In this document: positions 25,062 to 33,443 of the stretch, piece by piece
How the letters are laid out: each line of letters starts with the position of its first letter
Position numbering within the stretch: the stretch's first letter is position 1
From: Phycisphaerae bacterium
GTDB taxonomy: Bacteria; Planctomycetota; Phycisphaerae; UBA1845; Fen-1342
Length of the DNA: 64,000 nucleotides
Assembly (NCBI GenBank): GCA_963675745.2
Contig: CAXXWX010000017.1
Span: forward strand, 1 to 64,000
Reading direction: 5' to 3'
Program-made: the position numbers and the translations under genes
The notes under the pieces: generated by a model
Told to the model about the DNA's origin: nothing
Databases searched by the model: none
Seen by the model: the letters and a program-made list of their open reading frames with translations, nothing else

Positions 25062-28058
25062 TTGGGGAAGGCCGTGGGTGAGCCCGTGTGTCCAAACTGT
25101 GGCAAACGCGTCTCGCAAGGCGCGGAAGCCGTGGTGAGCGCCTGCCCGGAATGTGGGCATCCTTTGCCCGTGCCCGCTGCTGTGCAATTGCAGGCGAGCG
25201 AGGCCGGCGAGACGAGAGCACCGATGGCCCGATCAGAGGCGGCTGAAGAAGATCTGCTGGTCGCCGACCTGCGTGAGGCGTTCGGGATCGATCCCGAAAG
25301 CCCCGACGTGCCGCAGGCCAGCCCACTCACGAGTTCCGCCGCCGGTCACGGTTTCGGACGACGCCGTAAATCATTCGACCTGCCGCCCGGCACGATTCTC
25401 GGCGACTTCGTCATCCTGAGCGAAATCGGTCGCGGCGGAATGGGGGTCGTCTACCGCGCGCGGCAGCGCTCGCTGGGCCGCGTCGTTGCTCTGAAAGTCC
25501 TGCCGGCGTACGCGAGGCATGGGCAGACCGCGGTGCAGCGTTTTCAGTCCGAGGCCCAGGCGGCCGCGCGGCTCCATCACACCAACATTGTCGCGATCCA
25601 CGCCCAAGGCGAACACGAGGGCCAGTACTTCTACGCGATGGAGTTGGTCGACGGTGTCGGCTTGGACACCGTGATTCGCAGCCGGCCGGATCTGCTCAGC
25701 TCAACGCGCGCGCGCAGCGGTTCATCAGCGGCGGCTCGGTTGACCGACGGGGCAGCGCCGACCTTCGCGACTGCTCATTCGACCACCCGTCCGCACGTGG
25801 AACATGACGCCGACTCAGCGCCACCGGTTGAATCCACTCCCGTCGACACAAGTCACGAGGCGCCGTGGACGCGCGAGGATTTCCGCCACATCGCAGCGCT
25901 GATCGCCGAAGTGGCTGACGCGTTGCACTGCGCGCACAAGAACGGCGTCATCCATCGAGACGTCAAGCCGCACAACCTGCTGCTGGGCCCGACCGGTCGC
26001 CTGCACTTGACTGATTTCGGGCTGGCTCGTCTGACCGATGAGCCGCACCTTACGGTCAGCGGCGAGGTCATGGGGACGCCGGCGTATCTTTCGCCTGAAC
26101 AGATACGCGCCAACGCCGACGAGATCGACCATCGCACCGATGTGTACTCGCTGGGTGTCACGCTGTACGAGCTGATCACGCGGCACAAGCCGTTCGACGG
26201 CGCGACACGCGATCAGATCCTGAACGGAATCTGTACGGCTGAGGCGACGGCGCCGCGCAAGCTCAATCCGCGCGTCCCCCTCGATCTGGATACGATCTGC
26301 CTGCGGGCGCTCGAGAAGAACGCCGAGCGGCGGCACGCGACCGCCGCCGAACTGGCCGAAGACCTGTGGCGATTCGCGACCGGGCGTCCGATCCTCTCAC
26401 GGCGCACGACGGTCATTGAGAAGACGGCCAAGTGGGTACGCCGTCACAAGGCGCTGACCGCGGCGACGGTTGCCTGCGCGACCGTTCTGCTTCTGGTGGT
26501 TGGGCTGGCGTTGAATATGCGGTCCGCGCGGCGGCACGAAGCCGCGGAGCTGCTGGCCGACGCGTACGAGCAGTTGGCTTACAACGATTACCGCAAGCCA
26601 CAACTTGTCGAGAGCGACATCCAGCGGGCCGCCGACCTCGGTGCCGACCCGCGCCAGTTGCACCTGGTGCAGGCGCTGGCGGCTCTCGGCGCCACGGACA
26701 GCCGGACGGCAATCGCGCTGCTGACCGATGTGCACGCCGAGGAGCCCGATGATCAGCGCGTTCTGTACCTGCTCGCGTGGGCGCGCTGGCGCAGCCAGGA
26801 CGACCGGGAAGCCGCGGCGCGCGCCACGATTGCGGAAGCCGAGCGTCTGGGCGTGCCGACCGAGCCGGATGTGTGGTTCTTCCGCGGGCTGGCGCTGCAC
26901 TTTCTTGACCCGTCGACGGCCATCGAGTCTTATCGGCACGCCAACGCGCTGCGTGCCCAGCGTGGCGGTTTCCACCCGCAGGCCCTGCTGCACATGGCCC
27001 GGGCGCGCAACCAGCAGATCTACGCTTCGCGCGACCTGTCATCGCTGGCCGACGCCGACGCCGCCCTGCGCCAGCTCATAGATCACGGGTACTACGATTC
27101 CTATCCGTACTATCTGCTGTCGATCACGCATCGGCTGGCCGCGGAAGTGTACGCCGGCAGCTCCGGCACGCGTGAGTCGACGGCTGACGAGCACTACGCC
27201 GAGGCGCTTCATTGGGCGCGTGCCGGCCAGGAGGTCGAGCCGGACAACGATCGTCCGATCAGCGCTGAGGCCCAGTGCCTGGAGAGCATGGGGCGCTACG
27301 CTGAGGCGATCGAAGCCCGCACGCGCGCGATCGCGGTGGCGGTTAAGTCGCGCGCGCGTTGCGAGAATTACCATTACCGCTGGCGCCTGCACTATTGGCA
27401 GGGCGAGTTGGACGCGGCTCTGTCCGATATCGCGATCCACGCCGAGTGTGTCGAGGGCTGCCGCTTCTATGCGCATGTTTACCCCGCGCTGGTCTTGGCT
27501 GAGATGGGAGATATGCCCGCGGCGCTGGCCCACGCCGATGCGCTTGTTTCGGAGAATCCGTCCAGCGCCCAAGCCGTGCTCTGGTCGGCGACTACGATGC
27601 GGCTGCTGGGACGGGCGGAGGAGGCCGACGCTCTTTTGCGGGAACACGCCTCGACGGTCGATTACTCCGCCGATGTGACGTCGCCGCAAACGGCGGAGTG
27701 GGTCGAGACGCTCTATCGATTCGTTCTGGAAGGAACCGGCCGCGAGCAACTCGACGCATTGGCCGCCGGTGTGGACGAGCCTTGGAAACTGCTGGGCGAA
27801 GCCGCGTTTCACCGGGCGGCTTGGGCAATGGCACGTGGGGAACGCGAGATAGCCCTTGAGGCGCTTACCGTTGCTTATCGGTCGTTCGACAATGAGCAGC
27901 GATACACTTATCACGCCAAACTCATTCTCCACAAAATGCAAATCGACCGTGCGTGGCCCCCATGGAATCCGCTATTATTGAGTGTTGTATCGGAAAACAC
28001 GCGAGTTGATCGGGAGGCGGCTCGCTCGGTCCGCGGGAGTGGGGAGAGGGAACCATGA
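25062..28058 (+). CDS. Hanks-type Ser/Thr protein kinase with N-terminal Zn ribbon, one TM and C-terminal TPR-like repeats (start uncertain)
   Basis: GRGGMGVVY, VALK, HRDVKPHN, DFG, GTPAYLSPEQ, DVYSLG; CPNC..CPEC; TM ALTAATVACATVLLLVVGLAL. Confidence 0.92.
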   Translation: MGKAVGEPVCPNCGKRVSQGAEAVVSACPECGHPLPVPAAVQLQASEAGETRAPMARSEAAEEDLLVADLREAFGIDPESPDVPQASPLTSSAAGHGFGRRRKSFDLPPGTILGDFVILSEIGRGGMGVVYRARQRSLGRVVALKVLPAYARHGQTAVQRFQSEAQAAARLHHTNIVAIHAQGEHEGQYFYAMELVDGVGLDTVIRSRPDLLSSTRARSGSSAAARLTDGAAPTFATAHSTTRPHVEHDADSAPPVESTPVDTSHEAPWTREDFRHIAALIAEVADALHCAHKNGVIHRDVKPHNLLLGPTGRLHLTDFGLARLTDEPHLTVSGEVMGTPAYLSPEQIRANADEIDHRTDVYSLGVTLYELITRHKPFDGATRDQILNGICTAEATAPRKLNPRVPLDLDTICLRALEKNAERRHATAAELAEDLWRFATGRPILSRRTTVIEKTAKWVRRHKALTAATVACATVLLLVVGLALNMRSARRHEAAELLADAYEQLAYNDYRKPQLVESDIQRAADLGADPRQLHLVQALAALGATDSRTAIALLTDVHAEEPDDQRVLYLLAWARWRSQDDREAAARATIAEAERLGVPTEPDVWFFRGLALHFLDPSTAIESYRHANALRAQRGGFHPQALLHMARARNQQIYASRDLSSLADADAALRQLIDHGYYDSYPYYLLSITHRLAAEVYAGSSGTRESTADEHYAEALHWARAGQEVEPDNDRPISAEAQCLESMGRYAEAIEARTRAIAVAVKSRARCENYHYRWRLHYWQGELDAALSDIAIHAECVEGCRFYAHVYPALVLAEMGDMPAALAHADALVSENPSSAQAVLWSATTMRLLGRAEEADALLREHASTVDYSADVTSPQTAEWVETLYRFVLEGTGREQLDALAAGVDEPWKLLGEAAFHRAAWAMARGEREIALEALTVAYRSFDNEQRYTYHAKLILHKMQIDRAWPPWNPLLLSVVSENTRVDREAARSVRGSGEREP

Positions 28059-29368
28059 TCACTGCGCTCATATACACGCGCGACGCGGCCCATCGGGGCA
28101 TTTTGCGCGCGCCGCTGCTCGTCATTTGCGTGTGCGCCCTGGCGCCGCTAACCCTGGCACTGCCGCCGATCGATCCTCTACCGCCGCCCCTGTACTCGTT
28201 TGACAATAGCTCGCACTCGGTGGCCTCGGGATTCGTGCAATCCAATGAGGTGCTGATGCTCGACGCCCCCCACCCCACGCCGGCCTTCTCACCAGACGCC
28301 ATCGGGTTGTTCTCACCCTACGATGATATCGACGCGCTGTCCGGCAATCGGGTGCTCGATCCAAACGAGACCTTTGTGATCCTCTTCTCGGTGGATCGTG
28401 AGACAGTCGGCCTGTACCCGCCGGACCATGAGTATCTGACGTTGGGCGTGCCATACAACGTCTATGACCAGGCGCAGCGCGGACACGCCGCCGGGGACCA
28501 GTTTGTGGCGACGGTCGAGCTGACGCGCGGCGGCGTTTTCCGCGCGTTAGGGCCGCGTCAGGTTCTCGACAACCCGCTGGTCCGCAACAACTACGACGAG
28601 GGCGGCACCGATTTTTCGGCGGAGCCGCCGACGTCCGCGCACGATCTGGCCGTCGGCGCGGCCCAGGACAACGTGAACTCGACCGCGTACACCGGCAGTT
28701 CGAGCGCGAGTTTGCGCTCGCGCACCATCGTGGACTTGTATTTTACGCTGACGCGCGAATCCCCGTCGCTGTACACGCTGCCCGGTAGTGAGCCCAGTGG
28801 GGCCAGCATCTTTTATAACGCCGACCCCAATAGCCGTGCGCCGACCGAGCTGTTCGCGGACAGTTGGTCGCTCGGCCTCAACCAGGCGGACAATATCGAC
28901 GCGTTGTTGATAATCGACAACAACGAGGTTGGTGTGTTCGATCTCGGCGACGAGGTGTACTTCTCGCTTGACGCGAACTCGCCGACTCTCCAAATCCTTC
29001 CCGACGCCAGCGATATCGGCGCGGCCGCCGACATTTTCCGCGTGCGCTATGGTCAGGGGCCGCAACTGTTCATTTCCGTGGCCGAGCTGGGGCTTGGCCA
29101 TCCGGCGGACAACATCGACGCGCTGGAGGTTTTCCCCGCGGTGGATGCCACGGCCTTTGCGGAGCATCGCGGCATTCGCAGCCTGCGCGGTGATCTGAAT
29201 TGTGACGGCGTCGTGAACAACGGCGATATCGATCCGTTTGTCATCGCGCTGAATGATCCGGCCATGTACCAATTGATGTACCCGCATTGCAACATCGAGA
29301 TGGCCGACTGCAACCTCGATAGCATGATCAACAACGGCGACATCGACGCGTTTCTGTTGTTGCTGTAG
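28055..29368 (+). CDS. Secreted protein with GL..DIDA..FS repeats and a dockerin-like tag
   Basis: ATGA-coupled to the kinase stop; signal peptide; IGLFSPYDDIDAL..LFSVD, LGLNQADNIDAL..YFSLD, LGLGHPADNIDAL; GDLNCDGVVNNGDIDPFV. Confidence 0.8.
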   Translation: MITALIYTRDAAHRGILRAPLLVICVCALAPLTLALPPIDPLPPPLYSFDNSSHSVASGFVQSNEVLMLDAPHPTPAFSPDAIGLFSPYDDIDALSGNRVLDPNETFVILFSVDRETVGLYPPDHEYLTLGVPYNVYDQAQRGHAAGDQFVATVELTRGGVFRALGPRQVLDNPLVRNNYDEGGTDFSAEPPTSAHDLAVGAAQDNVNSTAYTGSSSASLRSRTIVDLYFTLTRESPSLYTLPGSEPSGASIFYNADPNSRAPTELFADSWSLGLNQADNIDALLIIDNNEVGVFDLGDEVYFSLDANSPTLQILPDASDIGAAADIFRVRYGQGPQLFISVAELGLGHPADNIDALEVFPAVDATAFAEHRGIRSLRGDLNCDGVVNNGDIDPFVIALNDPAMYQLMYPHCNIEMADCNLDSMINNGDIDAFLLLL

Positions 29369-29430
29369 ATGCCCGGTTGGCAGAATCGCGGACCGGTCTT
29401 CGAACAACGGGGATCGGCCTCCGAGCACAG

Positions 29431-29589
29431 GTAGGGTGCGGCTCGCCGCACCTGCTATCCGTGCGCAATCCACCGCCGCGCTTGTGACGCACAACACCAC
29501 TTGCTAGCACACGTAGTGCGGCTTGCCGCACCTGCTGTCCGTGTGCAACTCACCGCCGCGCTTGTGACGCACAACACCACTCGCTAGCA
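29431..29589. repeat. Tandem duplication (period 80 bp) headed by a GTAGGGTGCGGCTCGCCGCACC REP
   Basis: 29436-29509 closely matches 29516-29589; the same REP occurs inverted near 52049-52070. Confidence 0.8.
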
Positions 29590-29677
29590 TGAAAGTACGC
29601 TTCCGCCCCCCCGGGCGCCGAGCGTGGGGTGGCCACGTCACGTGTGGGGGGCGCTCGCAAAGCGCGGAGGATGGGAC

Positions 29678-32600
29678 ATGGGGATTCTTCGATCGCGCGC
29701 CGTGCTCACACTGGCCGCTGTCGCGGCCATCGCGTGCGCCGCCCATGCTGAAGAGCGGCACGTGCCGGGCGAGTACCCAACAATCCAGGCAGCCATCGAC
29801 GCCGCCGACCCGAACAACGGCGACGAAGTCATCATCGCCGACGGTACGTATATCGGTGCGGGCAACAAGAACCTCGACTTCGGCGGCAAAGCGATCACGG
29901 TGCGCAGCGCTTCGGGCGACCCGGCCCTGTGCATCATCGATTGTGGCAGCACCACGCGCGCGTTCAACTTCCTAAGCGCTGAGTCCGCGGATGCCGTTGT
30001 CGACGGGCTCACGATTCAGAACGGCTACGCCGGTGGGATTCTGTGTTCCGCTGCCAGCCCGACGATCGCCAACTGTACGATCACGGGTAACGCGGGCGGC
30101 GGCATCCATTGCACGAGTTCCGCCAGCCCGACGATTACGGAGTGCACGATTACGGGCAACACGGCGGACTACGGCGGCGGAATCTGCTGCACATTCTTCG
30201 CCACCCCGACGATCACCGAGTGCACAATCAACGGGAACTCGGCCGGTTTGGCCGGCGGTGGCATCTGCTGCACAAACGACGCCAGCCCGACAATCACCAA
30301 CTGCGCGATTACGGACAACACGGCAGATGACGGCGGCGGCGGTATTTACTGCACGTGGGACGCCAGTCCGACTATCACGGGCTGCAGGATCACGGGTAAC
30401 ACGGGAGACTACAACGGCGGCGGCATCTACTGCAGCGACGGCGATCCGACGATTACGAACTGCACGATCGCGGATAACGCAGCAGGTGCCCACGGGGGTG
30501 GCATCTTCTGCGCAGTCTCCGGCAGCCCGACGATTGCCAATTGCACAATCAGTGGGAATTCGGCCAACAGTGGTAACGGCGGTGGTGTTTACTGCAGCTG
30601 CACCGACGTGGCGATGACCAACTGCACGATCACAGGAAACACGGCAGACTACAACGACGGCGGCGCAATCTACTGCTCCAACTCGAGCCCGACGATCACC
30701 AACTGCACGATCGCGAGGAACACGGCGCATTTCGGTGGCGCGCTCAATTTCATTGGCAGCGATATCAATACTCCGGCGGTCACGAACTGCGTCCTGTGGA
30801 GCAACTCGGCATTTGTGGGATCCGAACTGTATGTGGGTGGCCGCGTTGCCTTGACGGTTTCATACAGTGACGTGGCTGGGGGCTATGACGGAGTGTATGT
30901 TGATCCGAACTGCCCGGCGTGTTCGCTTGATTGGGGCGCGGGCAACATCGCCGATGATCCGCTCTTCGTTGCTCCAGAGGATATGCACCTGCGGGCGGGT
31001 TCAGCGTGTATCGACGCGGGGACCGATACTCCCCCTATCGAGCTGCCGCCCACGGACGCCGATGGTACCCCGCGCAATCTCGATGGGGATGGGGACGGGA
31101 CCGCCGCGCCGGACATGGGCGCGGACGAATACGACCCGAACACACCCCTGATCGGCCTCTGGCCGACGACGCTCGCCTTTTCGGCTACAGAGGGGGGGAG
31201 TGATCCGGCACCACAGACGCTGTCGATTCAAAATGTCGGTGGAGCTGTTCTGTCCTGGAATATCTCCACGGGCGCGCCGTGGCTTGGCGCTGATCCGAAT
31301 TCGGGGGCATCCTCGGGGGAGGCCGATGACGTGGACGTCAGCATTGACGTTGGTGCCTTGGCGCCAGGGGTCTATTGGACCTCGTTGCAGGTATCGGCTG
31401 CGGGTGCGCTCAACTCACCGCGTTCAGTTTCCGTCATTCTCTCAGTGAACGGCGTTCTGCATGTTCCGAGCGAGTACCCGATTATTCAGGCAGCGATCGA
31501 CGACGCGATAGGTGGCGATCTGATTCTCGTGGCGGATGGCACTTACACAGGTATCGGCAATCGGGATCTCGACTTCGGCGGCAAGGCGATCACGGTGCAA
31601 TCGGAGAATGGGCCAGCCAACTGTATAATCGACTGTGAGGGCAGTGCCCGCGGGTTCATCTTCGATGATGGTGAGCCAACCACCTCCGTGTTGGACGGGT
31701 TCACGATCACGAACGGGTACACTCCAAACCAATATACCGGCGGTGGCGGCATCCTCTGTACGAACCACGCCAGCCCGACGATCACCAACTGCGCGATCAT
31801 GGGGAACACGGCAAGCTACATCGGCGGCGGTGTTTACTGCGATTCCGGCGACCCGGTGGTCACCAACTGCACCTTCTCAGACAATATCGCGTCCTGGGGC
31901 GGTGCGGCTTATTGCAGTAGGTGGGGGGCAGAGCCCCGCATGTTAAACTGCGCATTCTTGGGCAATGGAGCCGTGCAGAATGGTGGCGCGATCTACCACG
32001 AAGGGCCGCTTCAGCTAATCGGATGCACGTTCACCGACAATATCGCAGGTCTTGGCAATGGTGGCGCGTTGCATCACAGCGGGAGTTCACCTCTGATAGT
32101 GGTAGAATGTTGTTTTCTGCATAATCTGGCGCCGCTGGGCGGCGGAGGCGCGATCTTCGATGAGGGCGATGCGCTGGATTCGAGTCTGATCAACTGCCGA
32201 TTCGCTGGCAATTCTGCGGAGTTCGGCGGGGCAATCGTTCTTGGTGAGTTTCTGACGGGCGTGTCGTTTGTGAATTGTGTCCTTAGCGGCAACCGCGCTG
32301 ATTCCCACGGCGGCGGGGTATATGCCTTTGGTGGCTGGTTGGGACTGGTCAACTGCACGTTCATCGCCAACGACGCAGTGGCAAATGGGGGTGGTATATA
32401 CGCTGGCTCCGACGTCACGATCCGCAACTGCATCTTCTGGTCGAACGAGGACGCGGATGGCGTGGACGAATCGGCGCAGGTGCATGACCCAGGGTGCTGT
32501 GGCGAGATCATCATCGCGCACACGTGTATTCATGGCTGGACGGGTGTCTTTGGCGGACCTGGAAGTCATGGTCAAGATCCGCTACTGATAGACGAGGTCG

Positions 32601-33043
32601 GTGGTGATGGGATCCCCGGCACGAGTGACGAGGACCTTCGGCTATCTCCAGGTTCACCCTGCATCGACAGCGGCGATAACACAGCTATCCCGCCGGACTT
32701 GTTCGACCTCGATGGCGATGGCGACACGAGCGAGGCGATGCCCTTTGATCTGGCTGGCCGGTCGAGGTTTATCGATGATCCAGCAACGCCGGACACCGGC
32801 GCTGGCACACCACCAATTGTCGACATGGGCGCATACGAATTCCGATCGCACAGCTACGGTGACGTCAACTGCGACGGATGGGTCAACAATGGCGACATCG
32901 ACGCTTTTGTATTTGCGTTGTCGTATCCAGAGCAGTACCCGACTGAGTACCCGGGATGTGACATAATGCTCGGTGACGTCAACGCTGACGGTTGGGTGAA
33001 TAACGGCGACATTGATGCGTTTGTCATGTTGCTCGGGCAATAA
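29678..33043 (+). CDS. Large secreted protein: two parallel beta-helix (GGGI/GGAI repeat) modules, a BACON/Ig-like linker and a dockerin-like tag
   Basis: Signal peptide ending AHA-E; duplicated VPxEYPxIQAAID..ADGTY.G.GN..LDFGGKAITV; SPTITNCTITGN repeats; SPCIDSG..DMGAYEF; GDVNCDGWVNNGDIDAFV. Confidence 0.88.
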   Translation: MGILRSRAVLTLAAVAAIACAAHAEERHVPGEYPTIQAAIDAADPNNGDEVIIADGTYIGAGNKNLDFGGKAITVRSASGDPALCIIDCGSTTRAFNFLSAESADAVVDGLTIQNGYAGGILCSAASPTIANCTITGNAGGGIHCTSSASPTITECTITGNTADYGGGICCTFFATPTITECTINGNSAGLAGGGICCTNDASPTITNCAITDNTADDGGGGIYCTWDASPTITGCRITGNTGDYNGGGIYCSDGDPTITNCTIADNAAGAHGGGIFCAVSGSPTIANCTISGNSANSGNGGGVYCSCTDVAMTNCTITGNTADYNDGGAIYCSNSSPTITNCTIARNTAHFGGALNFIGSDINTPAVTNCVLWSNSAFVGSELYVGGRVALTVSYSDVAGGYDGVYVDPNCPACSLDWGAGNIADDPLFVAPEDMHLRAGSACIDAGTDTPPIELPPTDADGTPRNLDGDGDGTAAPDMGADEYDPNTPLIGLWPTTLAFSATEGGSDPAPQTLSIQNVGGAVLSWNISTGAPWLGADPNSGASSGEADDVDVSIDVGALAPGVYWTSLQVSAAGALNSPRSVSVILSVNGVLHVPSEYPIIQAAIDDAIGGDLILVADGTYTGIGNRDLDFGGKAITVQSENGPANCIIDCEGSARGFIFDDGEPTTSVLDGFTITNGYTPNQYTGGGGILCTNHASPTITNCAIMGNTASYIGGGVYCDSGDPVVTNCTFSDNIASWGGAAYCSRWGAEPRMLNCAFLGNGAVQNGGAIYHEGPLQLIGCTFTDNIAGLGNGGALHHSGSSPLIVVECCFLHNLAPLGGGGAIFDEGDALDSSLINCRFAGNSAEFGGAIVLGEFLTGVSFVNCVLSGNRADSHGGGVYAFGGWLGLVNCTFIANDAVANGGGIYAGSDVTIRNCIFWSNEDADGVDESAQVHDPGCCGEIIIAHTCIHGWTGVFGGPGSHGQDPLLIDEVGGDGIPGTSDEDLRLSPGSPCIDSGDNTAIPPDLFDLDGDGDTSEAMPFDLAGRSRFIDDPATPDTGAGTPPIVDMGAYEFRSHSYGDVNCDGWVNNGDIDAFVFALSYPEQYPTEYPGCDIMLGDVNADGWVNNGDIDAFVMLLGQ

Positions 33044-33061
33044 GGCAGGTCACGCGCACCG

Positions 33062-33275
33062 GTAGCGTTCGACGCCCGAGTCGGACGTTTTGTGCCAGCG
33101 CCGCGCTATCGCCGAAGCACGGCCGACTCGGGGGGGCGGCCGCTACGCATCAACGGCCGCCACGCATCACGGCCGCCACACATCAACGGCCGACTCCGGG
33201 GGATTGGGCCCGACGCTACAACGGCCGACTCAGGGGTCGGCCGCTACGCAACGACGGCCGGTACGGGGTCGGCGT
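33062..33275. repeat. Cluster of degenerate GTAG-REP palindromes
   Basis: GTAGCGTTCGACGCCCGAGTCGGACG, then several ACGGCCGACTC.GGGG.CGGCCGCTAC units and partial units. Confidence 0.7.
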
Positions 33276-33301
33276 ATTTGGTGGTTGCGACGCGCTGATG
33301 A

Positions 33302-33345
33302 TGAAAGGGGCTGACGCCGATCTTGCTCGGCGCCAGCCCCTTTCA
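33302..33345. terminator. Hairpin between convergent genes, likely a terminator
   Basis: TGAAAGGGGCTGaCGCCGA-loop-TCGGCGcCAGCCCCTTTCA, stem of about 18 bp. Confidence 0.65.
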
Positions 33346-33443
33346 GTCGCGTGCCGGCCATCATTGATTGCCGGCTGAACATGTCTTGCCGTGTCGCCGC
33401 GGCGTTGCCGGATCGGCGGACGCCGCGGCCACATAGTTATTGA

